Of a stretch of 64,000 nt of DNA, positions 13,620-26,004 are shown piece after piece. Source of the stretch: Octopus bimaculoides (lineage: Eukaryota); NCBI RefSeq assembly GCF_001194135.2, contig NC_069002.1, positions 2,254,616 to 2,318,615 of the forward strand, written 5' to 3'. The first letter of the stretch is position 1; the number at the start of each line of letters is the position of its first letter. Position numbers and translations under genes: made by a program. The notes below the pieces were generated by a model. The model searched no databases. It saw nothing but the letters and a program-made list of their open reading frames with translations, and was not told the origin of the DNA.

Positions 13620-14150
13620 AGTACCAGGCACTCATGGCTTGCGAGTTTAACTGATTGGAGGTATTATTATGTACATTGTTTTGTCTCGGTATAAAAGATG
13701 GGCTACAACAAATATTCTGCTTAATACCACAGATTTGCTTGTCAGTTGTTTGACCTTAACCAGTTGAGCATGTCCCTTAGTGGCTGACAATATTTGCATC
13801 TCTGATCACGAGCAGAAGTAGTGGGGGAGCACCATAACCATGTGTTGAGAGGGATTCTTTGAGATTTGGATAATTTACTTTGGAAACATAGGTGTTTTGA
13901 TCAACATCCTAAAACAACTCTTATTCAGCGGGATGGGATACTCAACCTGAAGAAAATTTTAACTGGGCCCCACCTGCAAGGTCATGCGCTGTTTATCTTG
14001 ATATGAGATCATTATGTCGTGCACATATGGTTGTGATGTATTGCCTGGGGTACCCTTATCAGACAGGTAGTCGTGATGGGTATACTCGGCTTCGTATATT
14101 TTACCGCTGTGTCACTTTGATGCACTGCTCTCTCGCTCAATGATAATAAT
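13620..14150. mobile_element. High-copy octopus-type interspersed repeat (unclassified, probably retroelement-derived, non-coding)
   Basis: About 520 bp of higher-GC, complex sequence (…gtcagttgtttgaccttaaccagttgagcatgtcccttagtggctgac…gggccccacctgcaaggtcatgcgc…gcactgctctctcgctcaat) ending in (AAT)n. I recognise it from memory; only one copy is present here. Confidence 0.45.
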
Positions 14151-14164
14151 AATAATAATAATAA

Positions 14165-14346
14165 TAATGTCTAGTATAAGCACAAAGCCTGACATTTGAG
14201 GGGAGGCGGCGAGTTAGTTACCTCAACCTCATTCCGTAACTGGTACTTATTTCATCGATCGAACGTATGAACGGCAAAGTTGTAATTTTGACGAAATGGA
14301 GTAAAACAATTTGCCTGCCTGCTAATGATTCTGTCAGCTCATCGCC
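14165..14346 (-). mobile_element. SINE family A embedded between (AAT)n runs
   Basis: tctagtataagcacaaagcctgacattt ... aactggtacttatttcatcgatc ... cctgctaatgattctgtcagctcatcgcc. It is flanked by (AAT)n at 14142-14168 and 14350-14432. Confidence 0.8.
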
Positions 14347-14349
14347 ATG

Positions 14350-14433
<84 letters not shown>

Positions 14434-14795
14434 TTCCTGTTATAGGCGTAAGATGATAGATTTTATGGGTGTGTGTGCAAGTCAATTATATCGATCCAGT
14501 ATTTGACAAATAGTTATTACGTTGAACTAGCAAGGATGAAAGGTAATATAGACCCGTTCGATATTTGTAAATAGAAGATAAATGGATATAGCTATATACT
14601 GAAATTGTGTATGTCGGGTGCGTTGTGGAGTTATCGATTAAATTGAAGAATATGAGTAACAACTGATGACTAATGAAGAACATGAAATCAACATGACGTT
14701 TGCTCCTCATTCGATATGAGTTTCGTTATGAAGAAAGGAATTCGCAAGAAATCCCAATATATCCATATGCGTGTGTGTGTGTGTGCCTGCATGCG

Positions 14796-14830
<35 letters not shown>

Positions 14831-15696
14831 GTGAATATCTATCTACTATCAACACACACACACACACATATAGTATTTTTCTATTAAGGATATCATTCTG
14901 TTCATGTTAAGAAAATATCTTAAATTTTCAAGCCGATCGCATAGATATCAACACATTTTCTTACCATGAACTTTAATAAGAAATGAAATATTCTAAAAAA
15001 AAACAATTTAGTATTTAACTTTTGGCGAGGTCAGTAGATAACGAGAGACAAAACAATATTGAAATTCTACGTCACGTCAATTAGTTGCCTATCTATTAAA
15101 TATGCTAAAAATCTTTTATAAAAGTTAAGCATATTAGATTATAAAATAAGCAATTATATTTATTTGGCTCTTGATGAAGTCAGTAGATAACGGGGGGAGA
15201 AAAAATTAACAAAAATTCTATGTCACATCAATTAGTTATCTATTAAATATGCTAAGAAATGTTTTAGAAACGATATGAGTATTAGATTATTGGAAAAGCA
15301 TTCATAATTAATGGGTTATTTACTATTGAAATATTTAAGTATCTTTTTCAATAAGTATCTTTTTATGAGAACATTTCAATGTAAAATTATTTAAACAATT
15401 TTGAAGTATTTATGTAACACAATTCATAAAGGCAAACATTATTTTAAAAATTAACAGTCATGTACGATGGTGCATAAATAATAAAGGACCACTTGCTATT
15501 ATAATTAATGTTTCTGTCTGTTAAATCTCAACTGCATTTATTAAGGTTCGTAGAATTACATTTTATACTAGACTTAAATCTAGGTTTTCAAGTTATAGCA
15601 GAAGAACCTTTGCAATAATACGTACGACCCCCATTAATGAGCATACATTGATGCACACTATTCTTCTTTAAACACAGATTATATATATGTTCCTGT

Positions 15697-16011
15697 CAGT
15701 TATTTTAACCAGAAGTTGGGGAACTTATCGACTCTGGGTGCTTTCCAGTTGCTTAAGTTTTGCAGTTCCTGTTGTTATAGTTGTTATAGGGGTCCAGAGT
15801 TGTTCAGGTGCTAAGTTCGTTGTTTTGATAGCCCTTTTCTGAGATTGTTCCTTCGCCGACCATAATTCTTTCCAAAATTCTTCCACTTCTGCTGGTGGTG
15901 TTGCATTGATGTCTATATTTTTGCCAAGTTCTTGGTATAATCTATTGGGGTTGGAGCTAAAATGTTTGTTTTGTTCAAAGGAACGCTGGTGTTTCTCACA
16001 CCGGCGGATCC
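15697..16011 (-). mobile_element. R4/Dong-clade non-LTR retrotransposon fragment (region just N-terminal to the RT core)
   Basis: Minus strand translates as IRRCEKHQRSFEQNKHFSSNPNRLYQELGKNIDINATPPAEVEEFWKELWS...(frameshift)LSNWKAPRVDKFPNFWLK. This matches the R4/Dong pattern IRRY..R...Y.QN..F..N...FY..L...FW..IW...NWKAPG.D....FWLK. The 5' end is flush with a (TAA)n run. Confidence 0.8.
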
Positions 16012-16061
<50 letters not shown>

Positions 16062-16685
16062 TGAAAATATATATATTCATATTTCCCAATACAAATATGA
16101 ATATGCAGTTTTATTGGCTCATTGGTTTTATAATCATTTGTGTTTGTATGTCTATATGCTTGTGTGCTTATATGTGTGTGTCAAATTGCGTGTTTCGTAG
16201 CTTTATATAATGTTGTGCGTGTATCAGTTACAGTAATTGTGGTAGTGTCTGTTTGTATGTGTGCGTGTTTTGTGTTTGTGTGTACGTATGTGTTTTTGTA
16301 TTCGTGGGTGTGAATCTTGGACATTATGCGAAAGCATGTCATATATTTCTACTTAAGGCACAGACAATGATTTCCATAAAAGATATTGAATATCATATAC
16401 ACCGTTATCGTCATCATCATCACGATCAACATCACGCCACCACCACCATCACCACCACCATTACCATGACTGCCACCGCTGCAGCTGCCAACGCCACCCC
16501 ACCCCACCACCACAAATATTGTTAGTCGTATCGTCACATGATTATTGGATAAGCCATATATACTTTAATTGGATTGTGTCCTACATATGGTGACTAATCA
16601 ACTCAGACACACAGATACTCAAAGAGCGTGTGTATATCCATATATACATCTTAGTGCTTGTGTAGTTTGTATGTGGATGCTGGAG

Positions 16686-16744
<59 letters not shown>

Positions 16745-16799
16745 GTATATAGTCACTCGATAAGTCTTGAAGAAAGGATAGTAACCATGACTGTTTGAA

Positions 16800-17135
16800 T
16801 AGTTTGTTGCCTTTAATTTTGCCGATCAACGTCTGCAAATTATGTGTGCATCTCCAGAATGTAATTGAACGTAATAAATGTGTGATTTGGCAAAATAACC
16901 CGGAGAGTATGGTGCAGAGGCCATCATTGTGATGAAAGTATAGACAGACAAAGGAGATTGTGGGTTGATGGTCCAGAGGCTCATGTATGTTTGTTTGTGG
17001 TTGAGAGTCATTCATTCGAGAGTCGATTTCTAGATACGGTCCAGGATAGCTACGTGCTTTACAGCATCGTTTTCGATGAGGAGGAATACTTAACAGGTTG
17101 TTCTTCACATTAGCTTTATACATTTTCAGCATCTG
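16800..17135 (-). mobile_element. Second, more degraded LINE (RTE-like) RT C-terminal fragment
   Basis: MLKMYKANVKNNLLS resembles K..VYKA.V.STLLY, SWTVSR resembles E.WT.YR, and AKSHIYYVQLHSGD resembles PK.ILY.QL..G. Multiple frameshifts. Confidence 0.4.
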
Positions 17136-17399
17136 TTGAGAGATGTCATCGAAGAGAAGATCAGCTTTGCGGAATGCAGTAGTAAGTAAGCTGAGTAACT
17201 GCTTCTATGACCTCATCAGGGGTCCTTTGCTTTCTTCTGTCTTTTTTGTTTGTGCGTGTCCTTCTTTCCTAATGACCAGAAAGAACAAAGCAAAAGACTA
17301 CTGATGACGTCACTGAAATATGATGAAAGACCTCTGGCCGAAATACAATTAATATAAAATAAAGATGAAGCAATTAAACACCAAATATATAGTGCGTCT

Positions 17400-18235
17400 G
17401 TTTTGATTGGTTAAACTGGCAATATGGCCATCCCCAAACACAAAAAGTGTCTGAGTTTGCAAACTTGCAGAAGTTTCTTCAAACTGATCACTGTATTTCT
17501 TTTTGGGGATATCATGAAGATGATCGCTAGCTTTGAGTTCTCCAGAGAGGACAATTTCTAGAAGGCAACTATCCGGTATCCGTAGAAGACAGCGTTTGAA
17601 GGTGCATATAATACCTGAAATTCCTGCTCATTGAAGTATGATGTGTTTGGGAATCTTTTGTTCTCAAGAAATACAAAGAACTTCTTTGAAAGTACCGAGC
17701 ATGAATAGCTTCAAGCTGTTTGAAATTCCGTCTGCAAATTGTCCAGCATTCACTGCCATTCAGCGGTCTGGAGATCACAGTGATTCGATACATTTCAATT
17801 TTCGTACGAAAACGAAGGCATAAGTTGGTGGATCTGAATTTTCCAAACAAAGTAGCAACCAGGTTGCCGCAATTCGAGATGTCTTCATCAAAGTTGCTGA
17901 ATCCGTAAATATGCTTCGAAATAGCAGAAGTATGATGTATATTTCAGAGGTAAGTTGTTTTTCATGTAGTTACTGTGGAAGGGCTTTGTCCGTGAGTGGT
18001 AACTGCATCAACGCAGACTTTTCGGGGTAGATGGTAAATACTATTTGTGTGGAAGCATTGTGTAGGAATGACACAATATTCTGGAAGAGAAATGAGTCAT
18101 CAGCTGTAGCCGCTAAGTCATCAACATACTTCAGATGAAGTTTAAAAATCTGATTTAAACAGTCTTGTTTGAAAGAGGCTGTCATCGAGAAAGTTCCGGA
18201 TATTAATGCCATTTCCATGAGCAATATTGCTACTG
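17400..18235 (-). mobile_element. RTE-clade LINE reverse transcriptase pseudogene (5'-truncated)
   Basis: ORF 17970-18224 contains FKQDCL (GVKQGC motif) and KYVDDLA (YADD motif). ORF 17569-17850 contains FGKF...RTKIEMYRITVISRPLNGSECWTICRRNFKQLEAIHAR, typical of the RTE post-RT region. It is followed by IVLSGELKAS....PKKKYSDQ (~17470-17560). Confidence 0.85.
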
Positions 18236-18309
18236 AATAAAAAAGTCATAGCGAAGAGGTAGATATTGAATAGGATACGTGCCAGGACAAACCAGTATAT
18301 GTGTGTGTG

Positions 18310-18344
<35 letters not shown>

Positions 18345-18349
18345 GTGTA

Positions 18350-18393
18350 TAGAGATAGATAGATAGATAGATAGATAGATAGNNNNNNNNNNG

Positions 18394-18428
<35 letters not shown>

Positions 18429-18429
18429 C

Positions 18430-18480
<51 letters not shown>

Positions 18481-18481
18481 C

Positions 18482-18517
<36 letters not shown>
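18350..18517 (+). repeat. (GATA)n microsatellite with a 10-N gap, preceded by (GT)n
   Basis: Direct observation. Confidence 0.95.
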
Positions 18518-18518
<1 letters not shown>

Positions 18519-18810
18519 TGTGTGAGTGGCTTTTGTAGACGGATACTGAAGGAATACCGTCGTATATACATACATACATACATATGTGTGTGTCCGTGTG
18601 TCTTTGTGTATTTGTTTATATCCACCACCGCTTGACAGCCGGGTGTTGTGCGTTTACTTGCCATACTATAGACGTTCGACAAAAAACACTTAAAATCAAT
18701 ACCAGGCTTAAAAACCGTAAATACTGTGGTCTATTCGTTCGATTGAAATTCTTAAACGCTGTGCCCCTGCATGGCCGCAGGCTAATGACGGAAACAAGTA
18801 AAAGATAAAA
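18518..18810 (+). mobile_element. SINE family B, 5'-truncated, with internal microsatellite
   Basis: tgtgagtggcttttgtagacggatactgaagg...ccgtcgtatata, then ccaccgcttgacagccgg...gcatggccgcaggctaatgacggaaacaagtaaaaga. The same 3' end occurs at 27600-27650 and 42090-42140. Confidence 0.8.
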
Positions 18811-18849
18811 AATATTATATATGTATATATGTGTGTACGTCTGTGTGTA

Positions 18850-19012
18850 GAGAGATGGATAGAAAGAGAGAGAGAGACAGTGAGAGAGAGAGACAGTGAG
18901 AGAGAGAGAGAGAGACAGTGAGAGAGAGAGACAGTGAGAGAGAGAGAGACAGTGAGAGAGAGAGAGACAGTGAGAGAGAGGGAAAGATGGAGGGAGAGAG
19001 AGAGAGCAAAGT
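18850..19012 (+). repeat. (GA)n array punctuated about every 16-18 bp by CAGT
   Basis: gagagagagagacagt-like unit repeated about 7 times. Confidence 0.9.
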
Positions 19013-19059
19013 CTGAGTAGATACATGTAATGGTTTCAAATATTGTACAAGTTCAAAAA

Positions 19060-19233
19060 TCTCGAGGGTGGAGGGTACATAGACCCCAAATCTCAGCTGG
19101 TACTTATTTCATCAACCCACAAACGATGACGGGCAAAGTCGACTCCGGCGGAATTTGAAATCAAAACGTAAAGACAGACGGAACGCCGCCAAGCGTTACG
19201 TCCGGCCTGCTAACGATTCTCTCAGCTCGCCGC
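19060..19233 (-). mobile_element. SINE family A
   Basis: cagctggtacttatttcatcaacccacaaacgatgacgggcaaagtcgactccggcggaatttga...tccggcctgctaacgattctctcagctcgccgc. Confidence 0.85.
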
Positions 19234-20089
19234 TTTCGGATAGCTACATACATCAGTAAATATTTGCAAGCAACATAACAAGATGTGTTGTATGTGTGTA
19301 GGAATATGTGTTATTGATAAACTTTTTAATTTTGCTTAATTACGATCTAATAATGCGTGACCTTTACATATTTACACACGGGTAAATTTTCCACATGTTT
19401 TAATGGAAATTCAAACGACAACTCTCCCGGCTAGATTTGTCAGAATGACATCAGTTTTCTATTTTTTTGTTAACATTTCTGTTATTTTATTTCATTTTTT
19501 AAAAAACTTTCTTCACATTTATTTTATTTTTTTATTGAAGCTCATTCATTCAACGGCCTTAAATATTCAACACAGCCTGTAATAAACCGCCCTTTGTTAT
19601 TTTCCCAGAAGGCAAAACTTAATATGTTTTACAGCTTTTACTTGTGTGTGTGTGATTGCTTTATGTGTGATAGGTATATATTCGATATTCCCTTGGTATA
19701 TAAGCATCATCTGTTTCTTTGATGTGAGGTCGTGTGAAGTCAAGTTAGGGAAATTCGTAATTATTTTATTCCGTGAAAAATCTGCCGTACCTACTCCTCA
19801 AATATTCATTATCTCTTTTATCTGCTATATTGCATTCTTTCATCGATTAACAAACAAACAAAAAAAGCATAAACAATAGATGGGTTTTTTTGCTGCTGTT
19901 GTTGTTGTTACTGTTGTTGTCATTTAACCCCGGGTTAGCCTTGATCAATCATAGCTAGCCATTTAGCTATGCGCCACCTGTCATTTTCTGTAGCATCGGA
20001 GATTGATGGTTTCCAATAAAACCACACGCATATACACGAACAAGCACGCAAGCACATTAACGCACACCACACGTGTGTATACTTGTATA

Positions 20090-20165
<76 letters not shown>

Positions 20166-20681
20166 GATAGGTAGATTGATACATACATACATACATACAT
20201 GCATACATTCATATATGTATATATGTATATGTATATATATATGCGTGTGTTTTTTCAGTGTACGCAATGAAAAGCAATCATATGTGTAACCTCTTCAAAG
20301 TCTTCTTATACAGGAATTGATTTATAATAAATATACAATGATCGATCCCTGATGGCACCTTAACAATGTTACATTTTGACCTCTGGAAAAACCTTGCATA
20401 CTTTTACTATTTCGTTTACACAAAGAATATGGCACCTGTGTGCTCGCTGTTTGATTTCTGTTCTGAAAGCCCTAGCTTTTTCAAATCTTTACTTAGTCAA
20501 ACACTAATGAAGGAAAGTTCACCAATTATCGTTCGTACAAATGGGCATCTATAATCTTGCTATAGAACATGAAGGCTTCAGTCATTTGAAATATATATCC
20601 AATTTCTTTTTGGCCTCTGCAGGATATCTAAGCGCCATAGATACATGATTTCTTTGTTTGCCTCAAATAACTATATCTGAC

Positions 20682-20770
20682 ACGCAGTGGGAGTGAATCC
20701 GGAACCAAGTAGTTGGTAACCAAGCTACTTACTACACCGCCACTCCAGAACAGCTACACCCGCGCCTATA
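20682..20770 (-). mobile_element. SINE family B tRNA-like head
   Basis: cacgcagtgggagtgaatccggaaccaagtagttggtaacaagctacttactacac is the reverse complement of the head seen at 21775-21850. Confidence 0.7.
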
Positions 20771-21774
20771 CACACATTTAAAAACACACACACACACACA
20801 CAAATGTACTTATATATACATACACATATGTAAATATGCGAAGTGGCGTTCGTCCGTCAATTTCCGGTGTTCATATTTCATGGATGACTGAATTCTGTAT
20901 ACGCCACTTGAACGGAATATCAGATAAGTAGATAAATGGATCACGCGTCGAATTCGCACGCACAAGTTTCTTGTTATTCGGTGAATGGAATTGATGGGAA
21001 CTGCGTACAAGTGTACCGTGGAAACCGTTGTAACGTTAACATAATGCTCAAGTAAAAACAAAAATGTTGTTGTGCAGTGCAACATGGCTGACTCTGTGAA
21101 TAACATAGACAGACCCTCAGCTAAGCTTCTACGCAATTTCTGTTCTAATCTTATTCGACACCGTTTCGTAGATTACATTTGTCGAGGGTCTGGAAGTTAT
21201 AAATCGAACTCCCAAAGTCTTGATTATGAACTCGAACAACTTCTCCATTCATATAGAATATATGCGTTAATCTTACTTTTATCTGCGCTCTGATTCTTCG
21301 AAACAGAAAGCTAAGCTATCGACACACTTGGTGGTCCACTTGGTTTTCTCGATCCGGTGTTGCGGAGATTGCTGATGTTTGATTAACAGCAAAGCACAAA
21401 AATTAATCGTTAATAATGTTTGGTGGTGGAGTCCCCAAAAGATGGGTTGGAGGCAAGTAATATAATCTGTTCTCATTGCTTACTTTCCCCAGTGACATTA
21501 GACGCATCATTAACGAAAGCAACAGTAACGCTAACGATTAAATAAATATTAGTTACCATTATATCGATTATCATAACTTGTAATTATTATTTAGTTCTTG
21601 AATCATGGTCATTGCGTTCATGTCACTTATTAATAATTTTTAATGACAAATTACACGACACAGCAAAAAGTTGTACTGCTTTAGTTTGTTATTTAATTAT
21701 AGATTATGTCTCAGAGCGGGTATTATTTAGTGTAGGGATGAAATTCTGTCATGATTTATGAAGCTTAATTATTC

Positions 21775-21927
21775 AGTGTTGTAAGAAGCTGGCTTCATAA
21801 CCACGTAGTTCCGCATTCAATCCCACTGCGTTGCAACTTCGGCAAGTGTCTTCTACTATAAACCTTGCGGCAACCAAAAACTTGTGAGTGGATTTGGTAG
21901 ACGGGAACTAAAAGAAGCGCCATTTCA

Positions 21928-21958
<31 letters not shown>

Positions 21959-21970
21959 TGTATGTATGTA
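21775..21970 (+). mobile_element. SINE family B 5' half ending in (TATG)n
   Basis: gtaagaagctggcttcataaccacgtagttccgcattcaatcccactgcg...ggcaagtgtcttctactata...cttgtgagtggatttggtagacgggaactaaaagaagc. Confidence 0.85.
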
Positions 21971-22439
21971 TCTGTCCGTCTGCTTATCTATCTGAGTCTA
22001 TCTATCTATCCTAAGCAACCTACTTACGACACAGCCACTCCTGCACCTATATATATATATGTGCATGCGTGTGTGTGTGTGTGTGTGTGTTTGTGTAAAT
22101 TGCCGGAAATAGCACACTGCTTTGGGTATTCAGTCTCATATAGAGTGACAGGACAGTATGATTTAACGAAGGACTTATTTAAAATAATCACCTGAAGCAA
22201 CGCGTCTTAGACTTTTGATGGATGATAGTGATTCTGCTAAATGTATCATCTCACCGATGCTAATTGTATCATCTCCCTATGTAATTTGTATCATCTCCCT
22301 ATGTAAATTGTATCATCTCACCAATGTACTACGAGTGTAATGATGTGTGAAAGCAATTGTTGTGATTTATGTATAGAATTTCGTCACGTCTATTTTCTAT
22401 TATTATTATTTTCTATTTTCTATTATTCATTTATATTTA

Positions 22440-22905
<466 letters not shown>

Positions 22906-23649
22906 TCTATGTACATATATCCTACGAATCTCATTGCAACATACACACATAAACCAAGATGTGACGAAAATAAATTTTATGAACTTCAAAATATAACACA
23001 AACAACGGAGCTCACTTAGAATTTAATAGCTCCTCAGACACCAACATCAGCACTAGTGCGCATACATTCACCACAGTAATTATAAACTCATTTAAAAATC
23101 AATTACCGCAACAGAACAAATGCTTACATCCCAATTAAACACCATAAGAACAGACATTGTTAATTTGACGGAAATCAGAGACAATCCCAAAAGAAATACA
23201 TCAACAACACACGCGGCCGAAATAAATCTTAACAACGAACAAGTAAACAAGGAAATAAGACACAAAAAATAAAACAAGAAAAGCACAAATGAGGGAAACA
23301 TAAATCAGAAATTAACAGTAAAATTTTATGTACTGTAATTAGTGGGATTAAGAATTTAAACAAAACTATAAAGGTAACAACAGCAAAAGTAACAACACCA
23401 GTGCCACAGGCAGTTTCAATAACAAACACAGTGTGCCAATTATTCCAGCAATTAAGTAAATGACGTAAAAATGTTACTCCACAGCAACTGCCACTTCAAC
23501 ACTTGTCATTTTGTCGTTCGACCATAAATAGTCCCACATACACAAAGGTTTTGAAATTAGTAATATAACCAAATTACGAAATTATCAGAGAAATAGAATA
23601 CGTCTCCTCAGTAGTCACAATAAATATGATAGATATGTTATGCTCACTA

Positions 23650-23740
23650 GTCGCAGGTATGGCTTTGTGTTTAAAAAGATCGGCTATCAACCATGGTGTT
23701 TCGGGTTCAGTTCCATGGCAGTACATGTCGGGGAAGTGTA
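23650..23740 (+). mobile_element. SINE family B head, truncated at the mariner junction
   Basis: gtcgcaggtatggctttgtgtttaaaaag...caaccatggtgtttcgggttcagttcc...ggggaagtgt. Confidence 0.7.
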
Positions 23741-24078
23741 TGGAGAGGAGTGTACGAGTGATTCAGACATCTTGAAGATATGCCGAAAAATGTCAATATT
23801 GACGAATGTTCTGGGCGACCCGCAACCAGCAGAACTGAGAAAAACATTACAGATGTGCATGCAGCAACTGCAAGGGGAAATATCCGTGTCTTTTCAGAGG
23901 ACGTGCAGATTTGTTACTGTTCAGTTCGGTCCATTATCATTGAGGATTTCGGTATGATACGCGTGTCTGGTAGGTCTGTGCTGAAACTGATTTCAGCTGA
24001 CCAAAAAGACACACTCAGGTTTCAGGTGCACAAAATTTCCTTGATTGTGTCGAAAGCGATGAAAACTTTTTGGAAACC
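23733..24078 (+). mobile_element. Tc1/mariner transposase fragment (HTH region up to just before the catalytic domain)
   Basis: EVYGEEC...(frameshift)KNVNIDECSGRPATSRTEKNITDV...ICYCSVRSIIIEDFGMIRVSGRSVLKLISADQK...DCVESDENFLET. This matches the mariner pattern DD.RSGRP.TS....N...V...S.GSV..I...DLGM.RV.A..VP.LL..DQK. Confidence 0.85.
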
Positions 24079-24338
24079 TTTGCGTAGGCTTCTAAGCTGG
24101 TATTGCCAAGCTTTTGGCTAAATTTGATGTAGATTCTCTTCTCAACTTTCTTTCTCATGATCAATGCAACGATCACACGCTACACACCTTCTTTCAAAGC
24201 ACTACTGTAAACAGCAGAAGTAAGCTAGATCGTTGAAATTTCGTGCACGTATACAGCAGAGGTCAAGGTCAATCTCTGCCAAGCGGCTTTACTCTGTGTG
24301 CTTTAGATTCGGTACTATGGCAACACTCCCGATACTTA
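24063..24338 (-). mobile_element. Mariner 5' end (subterminal sequence plus first ~30 codons), opposite orientation
   Basis: Minus strand reads aagtatcgggagtgttgccatagt...gatc ATG AGA AAG AAA GTT GAG = MRKKVEKRIYIKFSQKLGNTSLEAYAKVSK, like the mariner N-terminus E.R..IKFC.KLG.T..ET. Confidence 0.8.
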
Positions 24339-25373
24339 TTGCTATATATATTTGTGTGTGTGCGTATATACATACATACATCCATCCATACATACATCTA
24401 TATTCACACACATACACGTATATATACATACATGCAATCATATGAGTGAATAATCCTGGTAAAGGAGCTGAAACGTTAAAATATGGAAGTAAATGCATTG
24501 TTGGAGATTTGTAGGTTATTCATGTTCTAATAGTCCAGACATGCGTGATGAACTTGCTTATATCTCGCCAATAACATGGTATCAAGTCAAAAGATCCTCG
24601 TAGAGAAGCAATGGAAATTTACCTTCGCCTCTTCTTATGAAACTCACTTGTCAAATAAAGCACCAAGGGTCATCTGGTGGAAGAAATGTTCTCCACATAC
24701 TCACACACGCGTTCGGGTGAGCGCAATAATACTCGTGCCCACATATATGTATGTATAAACATACACATACACACACCTATGCGCTGACACACACACACAC
24801 AAACACACACACAGATTACATATGTGTTGGCATATTCATATATATACATGAATGACTAAATATACGTGTGTGTGTGTGTGTGTGTATGCATACATACATA
24901 CGCACATACGTACGTACATATATACATATATATGCGTGTGTATTCGTGTTTGTTCGAGTGCATGTGTATGCCGCTCCCTTTATAATGTTTTTAACAAGCA
25001 GCATCTTGAGGTTCAACCTTAAAACAGTGTTCTTCCTTAACTTGTTATTATTTCCATTTTCCTGTCACAAAGCTCTCATTCGCATCATTACTCTCCCTAC
25101 CTTTTCATTCATTTTCCCTTCCTATCTTTAACATTTGAGTTTTACATTCCTATTTGATCTTATCCAACATTTGTTCCCCTTACATCTTTTCGCTTTTTAA
25201 ATATTATTCGCTTAATCGTCAAACTTTTTTGACCTTTCGTGTTCCTTTTTTTTATTTTCAAATCATTTTACTCGCCCATTTACAATTTTTCTCTGTGTAA
25301 ACACGTTATTCATCCCTATACGTTGTCTTCTGCTTTTTCCTTACCTCTTTTTCAGTTGATTTCTGCCTTGCTT

Positions 25374-25376
<3 letters not shown>

Positions 25377-25437
<61 letters not shown>
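25377..25437 (+). repeat. (TATC)n microsatellite
   Basis: Direct observation. Confidence 0.95.
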
Positions 25438-25438
<1 letters not shown>

Positions 25439-25648
25439 GATTTATCTGTCTTTCTGTCTGTCTGTTTGTCTGACTATGTATCTGGCTATTTGTCTATGTA
25501 TCTATCAATCTACATATCCGCTAGTCTGACTGTCCGTCTATCTGTTTATCTTCCCATTGTTTCCATATAAAGTGTACGTGAAAAAGAATATATATATATA
25601 TATGTGTGTGTTCGTGTGTGTATGTATATATATATGCACATATGTACG

Positions 25649-25680
<32 letters not shown>

Positions 25681-26004
25681 CACACATAATTATTCACTGT
25701 CTATTGCTATTTGACACAGTTCAAATTGGCAGTGGAGCATATCTCAAAAGGAAAGATTTCTCTTCTACAGATTCTGTATCAAAGAATTCAATGAGCTGGA
25801 ACAACAGAAATAGCATTAAAGTAGAAATCACACAAACACAGAAGCAAGCACGCGTGCGCACACTTGTGCACGCACACATGTTCATATCTATACACAGTCA
25901 TAACTGTATGTATATATGCATCCGCAAAAGTTAAGTCGAATGAAAAAGCGAAGATCAAGTGATGTTAATAGTTATTATAATAGCCTACGTTGAGGTGGAG
26001 ATGA

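Noticed and set aside
17300-17350. ctgatgacg… / tgatgaaagacctctggccgaaa hammerhead-like motifs (also cctggtaaaggagctgaaacg at ~24453)
   Set aside because: Stem II/III pairing and the cleavage triplet are incomplete. Short motifs like these are expected by chance.
22236-22325. Possible CRISPR-like array
   Set aside because: The repeats are contiguous with no unique spacers, the context is eukaryotic, and there are no cas genes.
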